The translations under genes were made by a program, and so were the position numbers. A stretch of 64,000 nucleotides of DNA from an uncultured archaeon (lineage in GTDB: Archaea; Thermoplasmatota; Thermoplasmata; Thermoplasmatales; Thermoplasmataceae), in NCBI GenBank assembly GCA_000965745.1, contig CP009479.1, positions 32,001 through 96,000 of the forward strand. The letters run 5' to 3'. The notes beneath the pieces were generated by a model, which was given only the letters and a program-made list of their open reading frames with translations, was not told where the DNA came from and ran no database searches. Numbering within the stretch: position 1 is the first letter of the stretch; each line of letters starts with the position of its first letter. This document shows, one piece after another, positions 51,821 to 61,999 of the stretch.

Positions 51821-54800
51821 ATGTTAAGGCCAGGTATATATGAACAGATCATTAACAGGATACTGCAACGGGAGTTGCACTCTTCAAATGGTCTAGTAAA
51901 GCACAAAGAGGCCATAGAAAAAGACGAATCATCACGTATTCTATCCAGATACCTGGCAGAGATTTTAGAACGCGTCTTGGTCAGAATAAGAGATGAAAAA
52001 GAAGGTGTTTTCAAGCAGGTAGATTTGGTGAATAAACTGGTCGAGCTTATTGGGAATGAAATTCCTGAAACCTCCTCTGATCCGTTATTCATAGATACGC
52101 CCTTAGAAAAGCTTCTCGCGTTATTTGATTCCTCGAATAATGGGTCACAATTTGGTCCAGAGTATAGCCACCGAAGGCCTGAGACTTCTATATCGCAAAC
52201 TTCATTGTTTACATCCTCCGAAGACGAGCCTAACATGGTTGATGAGCTGAGGAGTGAGATACTCTCTTCCGACAGAATAGATATGCTAGTCTCGTTCATC
52301 AAATGGAGTGGAATGAGGCTCCTTGTGGAACAACTGAAAACCTTTACTGAGAATGGGGGACGACTTAGAGTAATTACGACTTCGTACTTGGGAGCAACGG
52401 ATTCAAAGGCCATTGAAGAGCTAACCAAACTGAACAACACCGAGATAAAAATCTCCTACGATACAAAAAGGACAAGGCTGCACGCAAAGGCCTACATTTT
52501 CCAAAGGAATACGGGATTTTCGACCGCGTATGTGGGATCGTCTAACCTATCCAATATTGCTATTTCCAGTGGGCTTGAATGGAACGTGAAGATTGCTTCT
52601 AAGGAACTTCCTGACACCATGAGCAAGATTAATGCGACTTTCGATAGTTACTGGAATTCTAACGAGTTTGAGACCTATAGGATCGAGGAAAAGGGTCGTC
52701 TAATTGAGGCGCTTAATTTCGAGAATACCAAGGGAAAGAGAGATAGTTTCCCATATCTCTTTGATATAAGGCCATATCCGTTTCAACAAGAAATACTAGA
52801 TAAATTGGAGGCTGAAAGAACCGTTCTAAACAAAAAAAAGAATCTGATAGTAGCTGCGACTGGGACTGGGAAGACTGTCATTTCTGCATTCGACTACAAA
52901 CGCTTCTGCGTTGAGAACCGTGGTAAACCGAACAGATTACTCTTCATAGCCCATAGGGAAGAGATACTGAAACAGAGCATCGTCACGTTTAGAGGAGTGT
53001 TGAAAGATTACAATTTTGGAGACCTTTCTGTAGGAAACTATAAGGCAAACGGATGGGACCATCTTTTTGTCTCAATTCAAACATTTAACTCCCAAAGAAT
53101 TGATGAGAAGACAACACCAGATCACTATGATTTTATTGTGATTGATGAGTTCCATCATGCTGCCGCAAAATCGTACAAGAAACTTATATCATACTATAAC
53201 CCAAAAGTGTTGCTTGGTCTTACGGCAACTCCCGAAAGAAGTGATGGAATAAGCGTTACAAGGTACTTTGAGGACAGAATATCAGCGGAAATAAGACTGC
53301 ATGAGGCGATAGACAGGAAACTGCTTTCCCCCTTCCAGTACTTTGGTGTAACTGACTCAGTTGACCTGAAGGATGTTACCTGGAAACGTGAGGGTTACGA
53401 TGAGGCAGAGTTGACAAAGCTGTACGCCCTCGACCAGAGTGTTGCGCAAAAGCGTGCTTCGCAAATTGTCGCATCCCTACACAAGTATCTTACCGACCTG
53501 GAATCAGTAAAAGGGTTGGGATTCTGCGTTTCTGTAAAACACGCAGAGTTCATGGCTAACTTCTTCAACAGTATAGGTGTTGAATCAATCTTCCTTACGG
53601 GTGAGTCCCCCGAAGATGAGAGAAAAGCAGCCAAGAAGAAAGTCGTTGAAGGAGAAATCAAATTCATCTTTGTTGTTGATATCTATAACGAAGGGGTGGA
53701 TATACCTGAGATAAATACCATCCTTTTCTTGAGGCCAACACAGAGCCTTACTGTTTTTCTTCAGCAGCTTGGAAGGGGTTTACGCCTAGCAGAAGGTAAG
53801 GAGTGTCTAACAGTCTTAGACTTCGTTGGGCAGGCGAACAAAAAATATGACTTTGAGGAAAAATTTGCGGCTCTTGTATCCAAGTCGAACAGAAGTATTC
53901 AGAAACAGGTGAAAGACGGATTTACGCATCTTCCAAGAGGAAGCTATATCCAACTTGAACGTAAAGCGAAGGAATACATCTTGGACAACATCAGAAGATC
54001 ATTTGGTGTGAAGTCGGGTCTTGTATCAAGAATAGCAAGTTTTGAGGAAGATACAGGGCTAGAGCTAACCCTTGAAAACTTCCTGATTCATTACCACCTG
54101 GAACCACTGGACATCTACTCGAAGGGCTCTTTTTCAAGGCTTTGCGTTGACGCCAAGATTATGGAAGATTTTAACGATCCTGAAGAATCGACCATTGCCA
54201 AAGCCCTTCAGCGTGTATCGGCCATAGATTCAAGGAGGTGGATCCGGTTCATGGTCGAGTCACTCAGAAAACTTGAGGAGATTAATTCATCCGATCTTTC
54301 CAACGAAGAGAATAGAATGTTGTCCATGTTTCACTATACTATTTGGCAAAGACCGCTCTTAGAGAGTGGTTTCACCAACCTAAAAGAAAGCATGTTGAGG
54401 CTTAAGCGATGTGGACCCTTATTCGAGGAAATAATTGAGCTCTTAGAATACAATCTTACCAGAATAGATTTCCTGGATGAGCCTGTAGACTTAGGGTTTG
54501 ACTGTCCACTCGACTTGCATTGCAGTTATACTAGAGATCAGATACTCATTGCCATGGACTACATGAAACCCGGGACAATTAGAGAGGGGGTGAAATTCTT
54601 CCCCGATAAGATGTTGGATTTACTATTCATAACGCTTAACAAATCCGACAAAGACTATTCACCTACAACGATGTACAATGATTACTCAATAAACAACAAA
54701 TTGTTCCACTGGCAAAGTCAAAGCACGACTTCAGAAACCTCTGAAACCGGGCAACGTTACATTAATCATGTTGAAATGGGTTCGAAAGTTCTATTGTTCG

Positions 54801-54970
54801 TCAGGGAATACAAAAGAACATCGGCGGGAGGAGGAGCTCCATACACATTCTTGGGATTAGGGAACTATGTAAAGCATGAGGGCAGTAATCCCATGAACAT
54901 CGTTTGGGAGCTTGAAAGACCAATCCCAGCAAAATACGTCAAGAAGACGAACAAGCTGTATGCCGTCTAA
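51821..54970 (+). CDS. PLD nuclease - SF2 helicase - DUF3427 protein (SauUSI-like type IV restriction endonuclease)
   Basis: LHAKAY...GSSNLS PLD motif; ATGTGKT, DEFHH, TATPER, QQLGRGLR; C-terminal YNDY...FHWQSQS. Confidence 0.88.
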   Translation: MLRPGIYEQIINRILQRELHSSNGLVKHKEAIEKDESSRILSRYLAEILERVLVRIRDEKEGVFKQVDLVNKLVELIGNEIPETSSDPLFIDTPLEKLLALFDSSNNGSQFGPEYSHRRPETSISQTSLFTSSEDEPNMVDELRSEILSSDRIDMLVSFIKWSGMRLLVEQLKTFTENGGRLRVITTSYLGATDSKAIEELTKLNNTEIKISYDTKRTRLHAKAYIFQRNTGFSTAYVGSSNLSNIAISSGLEWNVKIASKELPDTMSKINATFDSYWNSNEFETYRIEEKGRLIEALNFENTKGKRDSFPYLFDIRPYPFQQEILDKLEAERTVLNKKKNLIVAATGTGKTVISAFDYKRFCVENRGKPNRLLFIAHREEILKQSIVTFRGVLKDYNFGDLSVGNYKANGWDHLFVSIQTFNSQRIDEKTTPDHYDFIVIDEFHHAAAKSYKKLISYYNPKVLLGLTATPERSDGISVTRYFEDRISAEIRLHEAIDRKLLSPFQYFGVTDSVDLKDVTWKREGYDEAELTKLYALDQSVAQKRASQIVASLHKYLTDLESVKGLGFCVSVKHAEFMANFFNSIGVESIFLTGESPEDERKAAKKKVVEGEIKFIFVVDIYNEGVDIPEINTILFLRPTQSLTVFLQQLGRGLRLAEGKECLTVLDFVGQANKKYDFEEKFAALVSKSNRSIQKQVKDGFTHLPRGSYIQLERKAKEYILDNIRRSFGVKSGLVSRIASFEEDTGLELTLENFLIHYHLEPLDIYSKGSFSRLCVDAKIMEDFNDPEESTIAKALQRVSAIDSRRWIRFMVESLRKLEEINSSDLSNEENRMLSMFHYTIWQRPLLESGFTNLKESMLRLKRCGPLFEEIIELLEYNLTRIDFLDEPVDLGFDCPLDLHCSYTRDQILIAMDYMKPGTIREGVKFFPDKMLDLLFITLNKSDKDYSPTTMYNDYSINNKLFHWQSQSTTSETSETGQRYINHVEMGSKVLLFVREYKRTSAGGGAPYTFLGLGNYVKHEGSNPMNIVWELERPIPAKYVKKTNKLYAV

Positions 54971-55063
54971 TGGAGTTATTAGGGAACACCTAGTAAGAGC
55001 CCATTAGTTGCATTAGAGTTTTCACACCGGCAATAATATAAATTCCCCGGATAATAACTCAAT

Positions 55064-55417
55064 GTGACTACTTGTGGCAAAGGACACAGTAACTGGGGGA
55101 CCTGGGTATCTTCAGATGGTAGTGAGCATAGATATTGTAAAACTTGCAGGCAACTAAGGGCTAGATCTTACAACAGCAGGAAGAAGAATGCTGCCGGAAG
55201 TCACACAAGGAAAGAGTTTTTTGATAAGCTGAGTACGTACGAAAGGTGCCCCGGGTGCAATAGGAGGTGGGAGGATATTCCACCATCAAAAGGCCCCGCT
55301 GGTTACAAAATTACTGAGGATCATATCAAACCCCTAATCGATGGTGGGAAGGATTCAATAGATAACATTCAACCTCTATGTTACCAGTGCAACTTTAAAA
55401 AGGGACACTCCAACTGA
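55064..55417 (+). CDS. HNH endonuclease with an N-terminal Zn finger (phage-type)
   Basis: CGKGH...RYCKTC; GSHT; CPGC...DHIKPL..GG.D.IDNIQPLCYQCNFKK. Confidence 0.85.
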   Translation: MTTCGKGHSNWGTWVSSDGSEHRYCKTCRQLRARSYNSRKKNAAGSHTRKEFFDKLSTYERCPGCNRRWEDIPPSKGPAGYKITEDHIKPLIDGGKDSIDNIQPLCYQCNFKKGHSN

Positions 55418-55484
55418 TTTCAATAGTTTTCTTTCTAATCTAAGAGTGCAAAAATGTACAGATCTTGACAAAATATCCCGTGGA

Positions 55485-57373
55485 CTAGATATCCTCTTTT
55501 CTCATGATTCTTGTCTTGAAAAACCTCTCAGTGTCTTTATCCATGAAGTAAACAAAGCAGCCCTCTATACCCCTTGAAAGCAAGACTCTGTAGGTGTTCT
55601 TTACGAATTGGGTGAAACGGTCTTTTGGCTTGTTTTGCTTCGCTTCCCAGGAGTTATCGGGATGCCCTTCCCATGATTGAGAATCAAGATTGTAAACCAG
55701 ATCCTTTCCGAATATCACTCCAACATAATCGAACTCGAAACCCTGCGCGGTATAGACGCAACCCACCTGGTTCATGCCTCCGGGGTCATTCGCCCACAGG
55801 TTTGAAACCGGTATGCCCTTTGCAAGTTTCTTACTGCCTGGTTTAGCATTCCAGGGTCGTTTATAGTCCCCTATAACAACATCATCAACAAGAGTTCCAT
55901 CTTCCCTGGGATTTGACCAAGGCCAGCAGAAACCCGCAACCATCCTTCCTTTCTTGCCTTCTTCCAGTTTCTCTCTGATTGCCTCTTCCACGGCTTCCGG
56001 GGATTCCATGATACTGAAATCGAAATCCTCTTCTCCCGTCCACATGACATTGGCGTTCCGTTCTATTCCCAAGGTGTTGTTTATCCAGTTTACAAAGGCA
56101 TCGGAGCCCTTGCATCTGAATTGTGTTTCGAGCTCATAAGTGTATACGTTGCATCCATTGTTTCTTGCGTGCTCTTCAATATACTGGGTCGAACCAACCT
56201 CCTGAGGCCTTATGACCTGCCTGTCATCGACGAAGAACACCAGAACCTTGGCGGCCCTCTGATCATATGGTCAATTATCGGAGTGTCAGACCTGTATTTC
56301 TTGGGTGTGAATCTGCTCATATCCTTGTGCCACAATCTATGGGCCTCATCTGCTATCAGAACATCGACCACATTGGCCTCCTCCGCCCTCACATAGTCAT
56401 TGAAGAATCTCAGCTGCGAAGTAGTTCGCTTCCCGAGAATTTCCCTCAGAGTCGAAGTGAACGCCCTCGATCCGGTTGCATAGTGTGTGTTGTATTTCAT
56501 TGAAGAAAGGTCTGCCATCAAGTTGATTGCTATGACAGATTTTCCTGTTCCAGGGCCTCCTTTCACGATTATAACGGTCTTTTTCCCGTTTGAAAAGCCT
56601 TCTCTGGCAGATGAAAGAACTTTGTCGTAAACAACAAGCTGTTCGTCCAGGAGCGTGTATTCTGGATTTCCATGGATCATCCCTGCAACGTGTTCCATGA
56701 GTTGCTTGCTTGGCCTATAGCTGCTTTTTTCAATTCTCCTGAGAACTTCGATACCTTCTCCTGAATTAAGGTTCTTCACCAGGAAATCCTTCAATTTCAC
56801 TACGTCATCTTTCGTAAACATTGGGTTTTTTTCCATTACCTCGTTGAACTTTGTCGCAAAAACAGCATCATCTCGAGCGAGAGGATAGTTGTGCAGGTAT
56901 GCACACGCGTTCAACATAACCGGGTCCACTTCATCATAAAATGCTGAATGGTAGTCCCGAAGGTACGCCTTATACTGGCCAACCTGGACTGATGGGTGCA
57001 ATATATCCCTTAACCTGCCCCCTACCCATGTCTGTACTTCGTTATCACCGTCAGATTCGCTAGACTTCTCCCACTGCTTTAACTCTATTATCACGGCATT
57101 GTCCCGGGATTCAGTGTCTCTGCCGCAAACCAGGCAGTCGAGCCTCTTGGATGACATAGGGAGCTGATACTCCAGGATAATTCCATGGTCATTCAGCTTT
57201 GAATATTCAAAGAGAGAAGACAGTGCCCTCAGCGAATTTTGCCATGAGTGAACCTCTGAGTTTCCGGGGTTATATCCAAAGTAGCTGAAGAAGGCTATTT
57301 TGAGCTTGTCTGCAATCCGATTCATTGTAGTATCCAACTGGAACTGCTCCGTTGTGCCAGAATAGAGTCTCAT
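55485..57373 (-). pseudogene. DUF2075 (Schlafen group-3-like) nuclease-helicase split by a 2-nt frameshift at ~56257
   Basis: D...IIELKQW, GGPGTGKS, DEAHR in ORF1; VFFVDDRQ, CVYTAQGFEFDY, NTYRVLLSRG in ORF2; removing 2 nt gives one 628-aa ORF. Confidence 0.85.
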
Positions 57374-57613
57374 TTTGATTGAAAAGATTATTCCAAATTC
57401 TGTTTATAAAATTATTCACATATAAAGAAAAGACTGCCAGAAATTGCCCCTTCACTTCCTCTCGAATTATGAATTTTATGAAGAAACTATATTAAAATAT
57501 AATAATGAAAATAGTTGGTCCCGCATACCCTGTGAATTGCCCCGTCTTGAAGCCAATTTTCAACATGGTACGCCCTTTAAAAGTTAAGCATCCTACGGAA
57601 AATCTGGAAGTTA

Positions 57614-58273
57614 TCAGCTCCGCAAGACAAACTCTGGCTTTTTGTTCAATATCAGATAAACCGTTGCAGACATCAATCCCACAACGGATATGAGGGCTGT
57701 AGCAATTCCGATCGTCCCCCATACTCCGCCAAAATAGGATGAGACGTACATAATCATGAGTGCTGCCGCCCACTGCGATATAACTGCCAGTTGTAACTTT
57801 ATGGTGAACGTCTTCCTCCTGTCAGTCAGTGAGCTATGAAGACCATCGAGAAATTCCTGGATTTCCGGTGGATTCTCTTCCCTTATCCTTGCGACACAAA
57901 GCAGGAAAGTGCATACTGCCACAAGAACCGGTTCGGGGGAAGTGATAAATTCCATTGTTCCGTTCCCTCGGGATATTGCGACGGGAGTGCTGTCACTTTC
58001 CCTCACTACACTCAATAGGCGGTACCCATCTCCATCTGTCAGCCGAAGGGCGAATCTCAGACCGTTGTATTCCAGAATTTCTCCAGAGACCTCAGCAAGC
58101 TTCTGGAGATTGAAGAGATGCCCGGTGAAAACTGCAAAAGTGTCCTTGCTGTAATGCTGGATTCTCATTTTCCTTCCTTTGACTTTCACACTGTAGAATC
58201 CAATTGAAAGGGAGAATGATCCTATTGACTCTTCATCCTGCAGGATCTTGTTCCCGGACAGCGAGATCCTCAT
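57614..58273 (-). CDS. hypothetical protein with two C-terminal TM helices
   Basis: soluble beta-rich N-terminus plus two hydrophobic segments; start uncertain. Confidence 0.6.
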   Translation of the reverse strand: MRISLSGNKILQDEESIGSFSLSIGFYSVKVKGRKMRIQHYSKDTFAVFTGHLFNLQKLAEVSGEILEYNGLRFALRLTDGDGYRLLSVVRESDSTPVAISRGNGTMEFITSPEPVLVAVCTFLLCVARIREENPPEIQEFLDGLHSSLTDRRKTFTIKLQLAVISQWAAALMIMYVSSYFGGVWGTIGIATALISVVGLMSATVYLILNKKPEFVLRS

Positions 58274-58410
58274 ACAAAAGAGATACATCCTTAATGATAA
58301 AAATATTATGCACCGAATTGAGGTCTATTGCCTCTTGGCATGAAGGGAAGGAGGCCTCATTCCGAAATATTATTATGGTCGTAGATGTATCTTTATGAGA
58401 TGGTGTTGAG

Positions 58411-58893
58411 TTGGAAAATATTCTAGATGAACAGATATCCAATGCAAGAAAGGCCTCTATGAATGGTGCCGTTGTTGTCTATGACCTGACATCGGGAATT
58501 GACTTTTCAAACCCCAGGAAAACGGGAGAAGCTCTGGCAAGAGTGATTTTTGAGCAGGATGTGTCAAGATGGGTTAAAGTTGAAGGAAACAAGATCACTA
58601 TAAACCCTTCTACGAAGTTGGATATCCGCATCATGGACGACCACAACAAAGCTATAGATAAAACAATGAATGATTTCAAGAAGGACATGGAAAAAGATGA
58701 ACTCAGGGGCCACTACAGCCAGCAGATTGAAGCTGCAGCAAATTACCAGGCGGGAATTGCCTCTTACTTGTTTCTGGGGATAGGAACTTCACTCCTCCTT
58801 GAGCACATGGAAAGAAGTTCAGAGAAATCAGCATTCGTGGATGATCTCATGTACAAGCTAATGGCAAACATATCTGTCACCAGCCTGCAATAG
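58411..58893 (+). CDS. uncharacterised protein, paralog of 60473-60997
   Basis: gapless alignment to the paralog (YDLT.G.D.SNPR..EALA.V.FE.D, SQQI, DDL). Confidence 0.8.
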   Translation: MENILDEQISNARKASMNGAVVVYDLTSGIDFSNPRKTGEALARVIFEQDVSRWVKVEGNKITINPSTKLDIRIMDDHNKAIDKTMNDFKKDMEKDELRGHYSQQIEAAANYQAGIASYLFLGIGTSLLLEHMERSSEKSAFVDDLMYKLMANISVTSLQ

Positions 58894-59000
58894 CATCCCA
58901 CAACAGTTATCAAGACTACAACCCTAATTTAGCCTTAGCAGTGAAGGTCTTTTCCTAAATATCTGGAGTTGGTAAGTTTTATGCATCGCAGGGCAAGAAT

Positions 59001-59813
59001 ATGGAATCAAGGAGAGACAGTGGTGTAGTCAGTTATGACGTCTTCGGGGAAGGCGATTCGACCGTCATATGCGTTCCCTCAATAGGGGACCTGAAGGAGG
59101 AGTACAGGTATCTGGTGCCAAAGCTTCGGGAATCAGGTTTCAGGGTTATCACCATGGACATTCAGGGCATGGGTGGATCCCCATCAGATTTCACTGAGTT
59201 TTCCGCCGTAGCTATAGGTTCCGACATTATCGCCCTGATCGATACTGCGTGTGGAGGCAAGCCTGCCTGGGTTGCGGGGTGTTCCCTCTCTGCATGTTCA
59301 GCAGTTTGGGCTGCTGTCGAGTCCCCGGAAAATGTGGCAGGCCTAGTCCTCATCTCTCCCGCAGTCAGGGATGAGGCAATACCGCTGGCAAACAGAATAC
59401 TTTACTGGGTCGCACTGAGGCCTCCATGGGGGCCAGGGCTATGGACAGGATTTTACAGGTCGCTCTACCGGAAGAATGAGCCCCACGACTTTGAGGTATA
59501 CCTCTCAAAGCTGAAGGAGAATCTGTCAGAAAGGGGGAGAATGCGATCTGTCCGCATAATGACATTCGCCTCGAGGGAAGAATGCACGAAGAGGCTCGAT
59601 AAGGTAAGGTGCCCGGTCATTGCAATCTACGGATCTGAAGATCCGGACTTCAAGGAGCCCGGAAAAGAGGGTGAGTGGGTCAAGAAGAAGACGGATGCGC
59701 AGGTCGAGATTTTCGAAGGTGTGGGCCATTACCCGCACATCGAAGTGCCTGATGAGGTTGCCTCAAAAATCACTTCCTATATTCATTCTCGTGATTATCC
59801 CCTATCCGGATAA
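59001..59813 (+). CDS. alpha/beta hydrolase
   Basis: MDIQGMGGS, GCSLS nucleophile elbow, GSEDPD, GHYPHIE. Confidence 0.9.
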   Translation: MESRRDSGVVSYDVFGEGDSTVICVPSIGDLKEEYRYLVPKLRESGFRVITMDIQGMGGSPSDFTEFSAVAIGSDIIALIDTACGGKPAWVAGCSLSACSAVWAAVESPENVAGLVLISPAVRDEAIPLANRILYWVALRPPWGPGLWTGFYRSLYRKNEPHDFEVYLSKLKENLSERGRMRSVRIMTFASREECTKRLDKVRCPVIAIYGSEDPDFKEPGKEGEWVKKKTDAQVEIFEGVGHYPHIEVPDEVASKITSYIHSRDYPLSG

Positions 59814-59845
59814 TCCTTCAATTGGCTCAAAAAAGGATCATTGGC

Positions 59846-60343
59846 TTATGATAAACCCTTGGTGGAGATCTCAACTATTCTCCTCACTATCTGCTTTGAA
59901 GGCCACTTGTCCGCTATTGCATCTGCGAAATCCAGCCTGTCGAAATAGAGCCTGAGTTCCTTGACCTTGTAATCCTCATACACCAGTACCTCGGATTGCT
60001 TGGACGTTATCGCAGAACCATTCTTTGTTGTTCCATCCACTTTGAATTCCTCGAAAAATACATCGCCCTCCACCATTATAACTACAGGAGTCAACTGCAC
60101 CTTTTCGATCGCATCGAACATCCAGTTGAGCCATTTTTCCACCCCGTCTTTTCCATGGAGTGATTTGCCCAATAATTCTATCCTGCAATCGTCTGAGAAA
60201 CATGAGATTATGCTCTCAAAATCCTTCTTTTCCAATGAGTCATCAAGGAATTTTCCCATTTCCTTTATTCTTTGAGGGTCCTGAGGGCCCTTTGGCTCTT
60301 CCCCACCTGATTTGCTGTCGTTTTCAACTGTAATACTGCTCAC
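59846..60343 (-). CDS. SnoaL/NTF2-like protein
   Basis: DFESIISCFSDD...GKDGV...VEGD...KVKELRLYFD; start uncertain (60343 or 60259). Confidence 0.82.
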   Translation of the reverse strand: MSSITVENDSKSGGEEPKGPQDPQRIKEMGKFLDDSLEKKDFESIISCFSDDCRIELLGKSLHGKDGVEKWLNWMFDAIEKVQLTPVVIMVEGDVFFEEFKVDGTTKNGSAITSKQSEVLVYEDYKVKELRLYFDRLDFADAIADKWPSKQIVRRIVEISTKGLS

Positions 60344-60472
60344 CGATCCGTGGAGAAAGCAACCCGTATGAGTATTTGTTATCACGCATGTACTGACTGT
60401 TCATGCAAGTCCGATGGCCGTCCGTAGTGTTGACGGCAAGAATAAAGGGCATTCCCTCATTGAAGATCATTA

Positions 60473-60997
60473 CTATAGGGGGAGATTCTTCCAGTCCATC
60501 AGATCCTTGTCGTTAAGAGATCTGATCTCCAGTTTTTCCAGTATGTCAAGGAACAGGTCATCCCGAATGTAGTCAGAGTACATCTTCCTGTTTGAATGCC
60601 TGAAAAACAGGTTGTTTACAGTGCTTGCAACAATGCCTGCCTTCAGTTTTGATGCATTGTCTGCAGTGTCTTTAATCTGCTGGGAAAATGCAGGGTAAAT
60701 CTCCTCCTTCTGAAGGTCTTCAAGAAAATCGTCAACGGTCTCCTCGATCCTTTTTCCGTGGTCCTCAGCCAGCACCACCCTGACTTTGTAGGTCGGGTTG
60801 AAATCCACATGATCCCCTGAGGCAGTGAACCACTTCTCTGCGTCTTCCTCGAAAAACACTGTAGCCAGTGCTTCTGCAACGTTTCTTGGGTTGGACAGAT
60901 CCACACCCTCTGTCAGATCATATGTTACAAGCGATTCATCCTGTGATACCTTCCTTGATTTCTTGATGGCTTCAACGAGCCTTTCATCTGTGGACAT
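60473..60997 (-). CDS. uncharacterised protein, paralog of 58411-58893
   Basis: start MSTDE about 25 nt below TTTATAT (leaderless); paralogy as above. Confidence 0.82.
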   Translation of the reverse strand: MSTDERLVEAIKKSRKVSQDESLVTYDLTEGVDLSNPRNVAEALATVFFEEDAEKWFTASGDHVDFNPTYKVRVVLAEDHGKRIEETVDDFLEDLQKEEIYPAFSQQIKDTADNASKLKAGIVASTVNNLFFRHSNRKMYSDYIRDDLFLDILEKLEIRSLNDKDLMDWKNLPL

Positions 60998-61126
60998 ACA
61001 ATGAAGAGCCTGAAAACGATATAAATACTTATCGTATCTCAAGAATGCCCCGCCCCTCACCCTTGAGCCTTTTAGTTCTCTTCCCCAAGAATATTGTTTA
61101 TATGGTGCGAATCATGTTGCCATAGA

Positions 61127-61354
61127 TTGACGGATAAACAAGAACTTTTTTTGTTGTTCAGAAGCACAAGGCAACTGCCATTCATTACGACTTCAGGCTT
61201 TAAGTTGGATGTTGAGAAGGGAGTGCGCAAGGAGATCACGGACATATCGGAGGCCCATAAGGTTACATCCAGGAGCCTCGAAGAAGGGAATCTGAAATTC
61301 CGGCTCTAAGGGAGGAAGCTGCAGGGATCATTCGCGCTCGTCAGGACGAAGGGC
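61127..61354 (+). pseudogene. remnant of a LigD 3'-phosphoesterase (PE) domain gene
   Basis: FVVQKHKATAIHYDFRL* (61150-61203) and LEEGNLKFRL*GRKLQGSFALVRTKG (61277-61354); stops, frameshifts, internal deletion. Confidence 0.8.
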
Positions 61355-61483
61355 ATGGGGGTCCTTTCAGGAGATTGCCAATGAAACCGATATCTGAGCC
61401 ATTTTTGATTCGGAAAATTTCGAAGAATTGGCGAAATACATACGGGGATAAATTTATCTTAACCCGTCGCGGTCAGTGTCTAG

Positions 61484-61999
61484 ATGGAGGTCCACGGAGG
61501 CATAGACTGTGCAGCAAGAGTCGGCCGCGACGATGGACAGTCCCTGTACCATCTCATTCTTACAGAGGATTCCATCATTATCGCAAAAGTCCTGGTCAGG
61601 AAGGAGGAATTAAAGAAGGTCGAGGACCGGATCAGGACGAAAACGACTAGCGTGGTCACCTGGTCCGCAAATGCCATGGCGAAAGCAGTGCAGATGGAAT
61701 TCTTTGAAGAAGCATGGGACAGGGGAAGGAAGATAGAGAAGGATCTCGAGGCCTACATGGAATCACGGCCTGATGAAATTGAAGTCCTTGATTATTCAAG
61801 AATATCAAGGGTCGACCTGTCAAAGGGAACCATGTTTGGGCCGCCATTTCTTAAGTTCATACTCCTGAACAAGGAGATAAGGTTCAACCTCGTACACAAC
61901 ATATTCGAAAAGGCCGGAAAACTGGATGACAACGTCTACCTATATTACCTTAAGAGTCTCAAAAAGGCATTTGGAAACAAGTTGAAGATCAAAGTGTGA
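61484..61999 (+). CDS. hypothetical protein (possible PH-like fold)
   Basis: YHLILTEDSIII...LDYSRISRVDL pattern; TTTATC box about 27 nt upstream. Confidence 0.65.
   Translation: MEVHGGIDCAARVGRDDGQSLYHLILTEDSIIIAKVLVRKEELKKVEDRIRTKTTSVVTWSANAMAKAVQMEFFEEAWDRGRKIEKDLEAYMESRPDEIEVLDYSRISRVDLSKGTMFGPPFLKFILLNKEIRFNLVHNIFEKAGKLDDNVYLYYLKSLKKAFGNKLKIKV

Noticed and set aside
56235-56275. Programmed ribosomal frameshift in the DUF2075 gene
   Set aside because: No X-XXY-YYZ slippery site or clear stimulatory structure; a simple indel is more parsimonious
61094-61309. 71-aa ORF in the track
   Set aside because: Chimeric reading across the LigD PE pseudogene fragments
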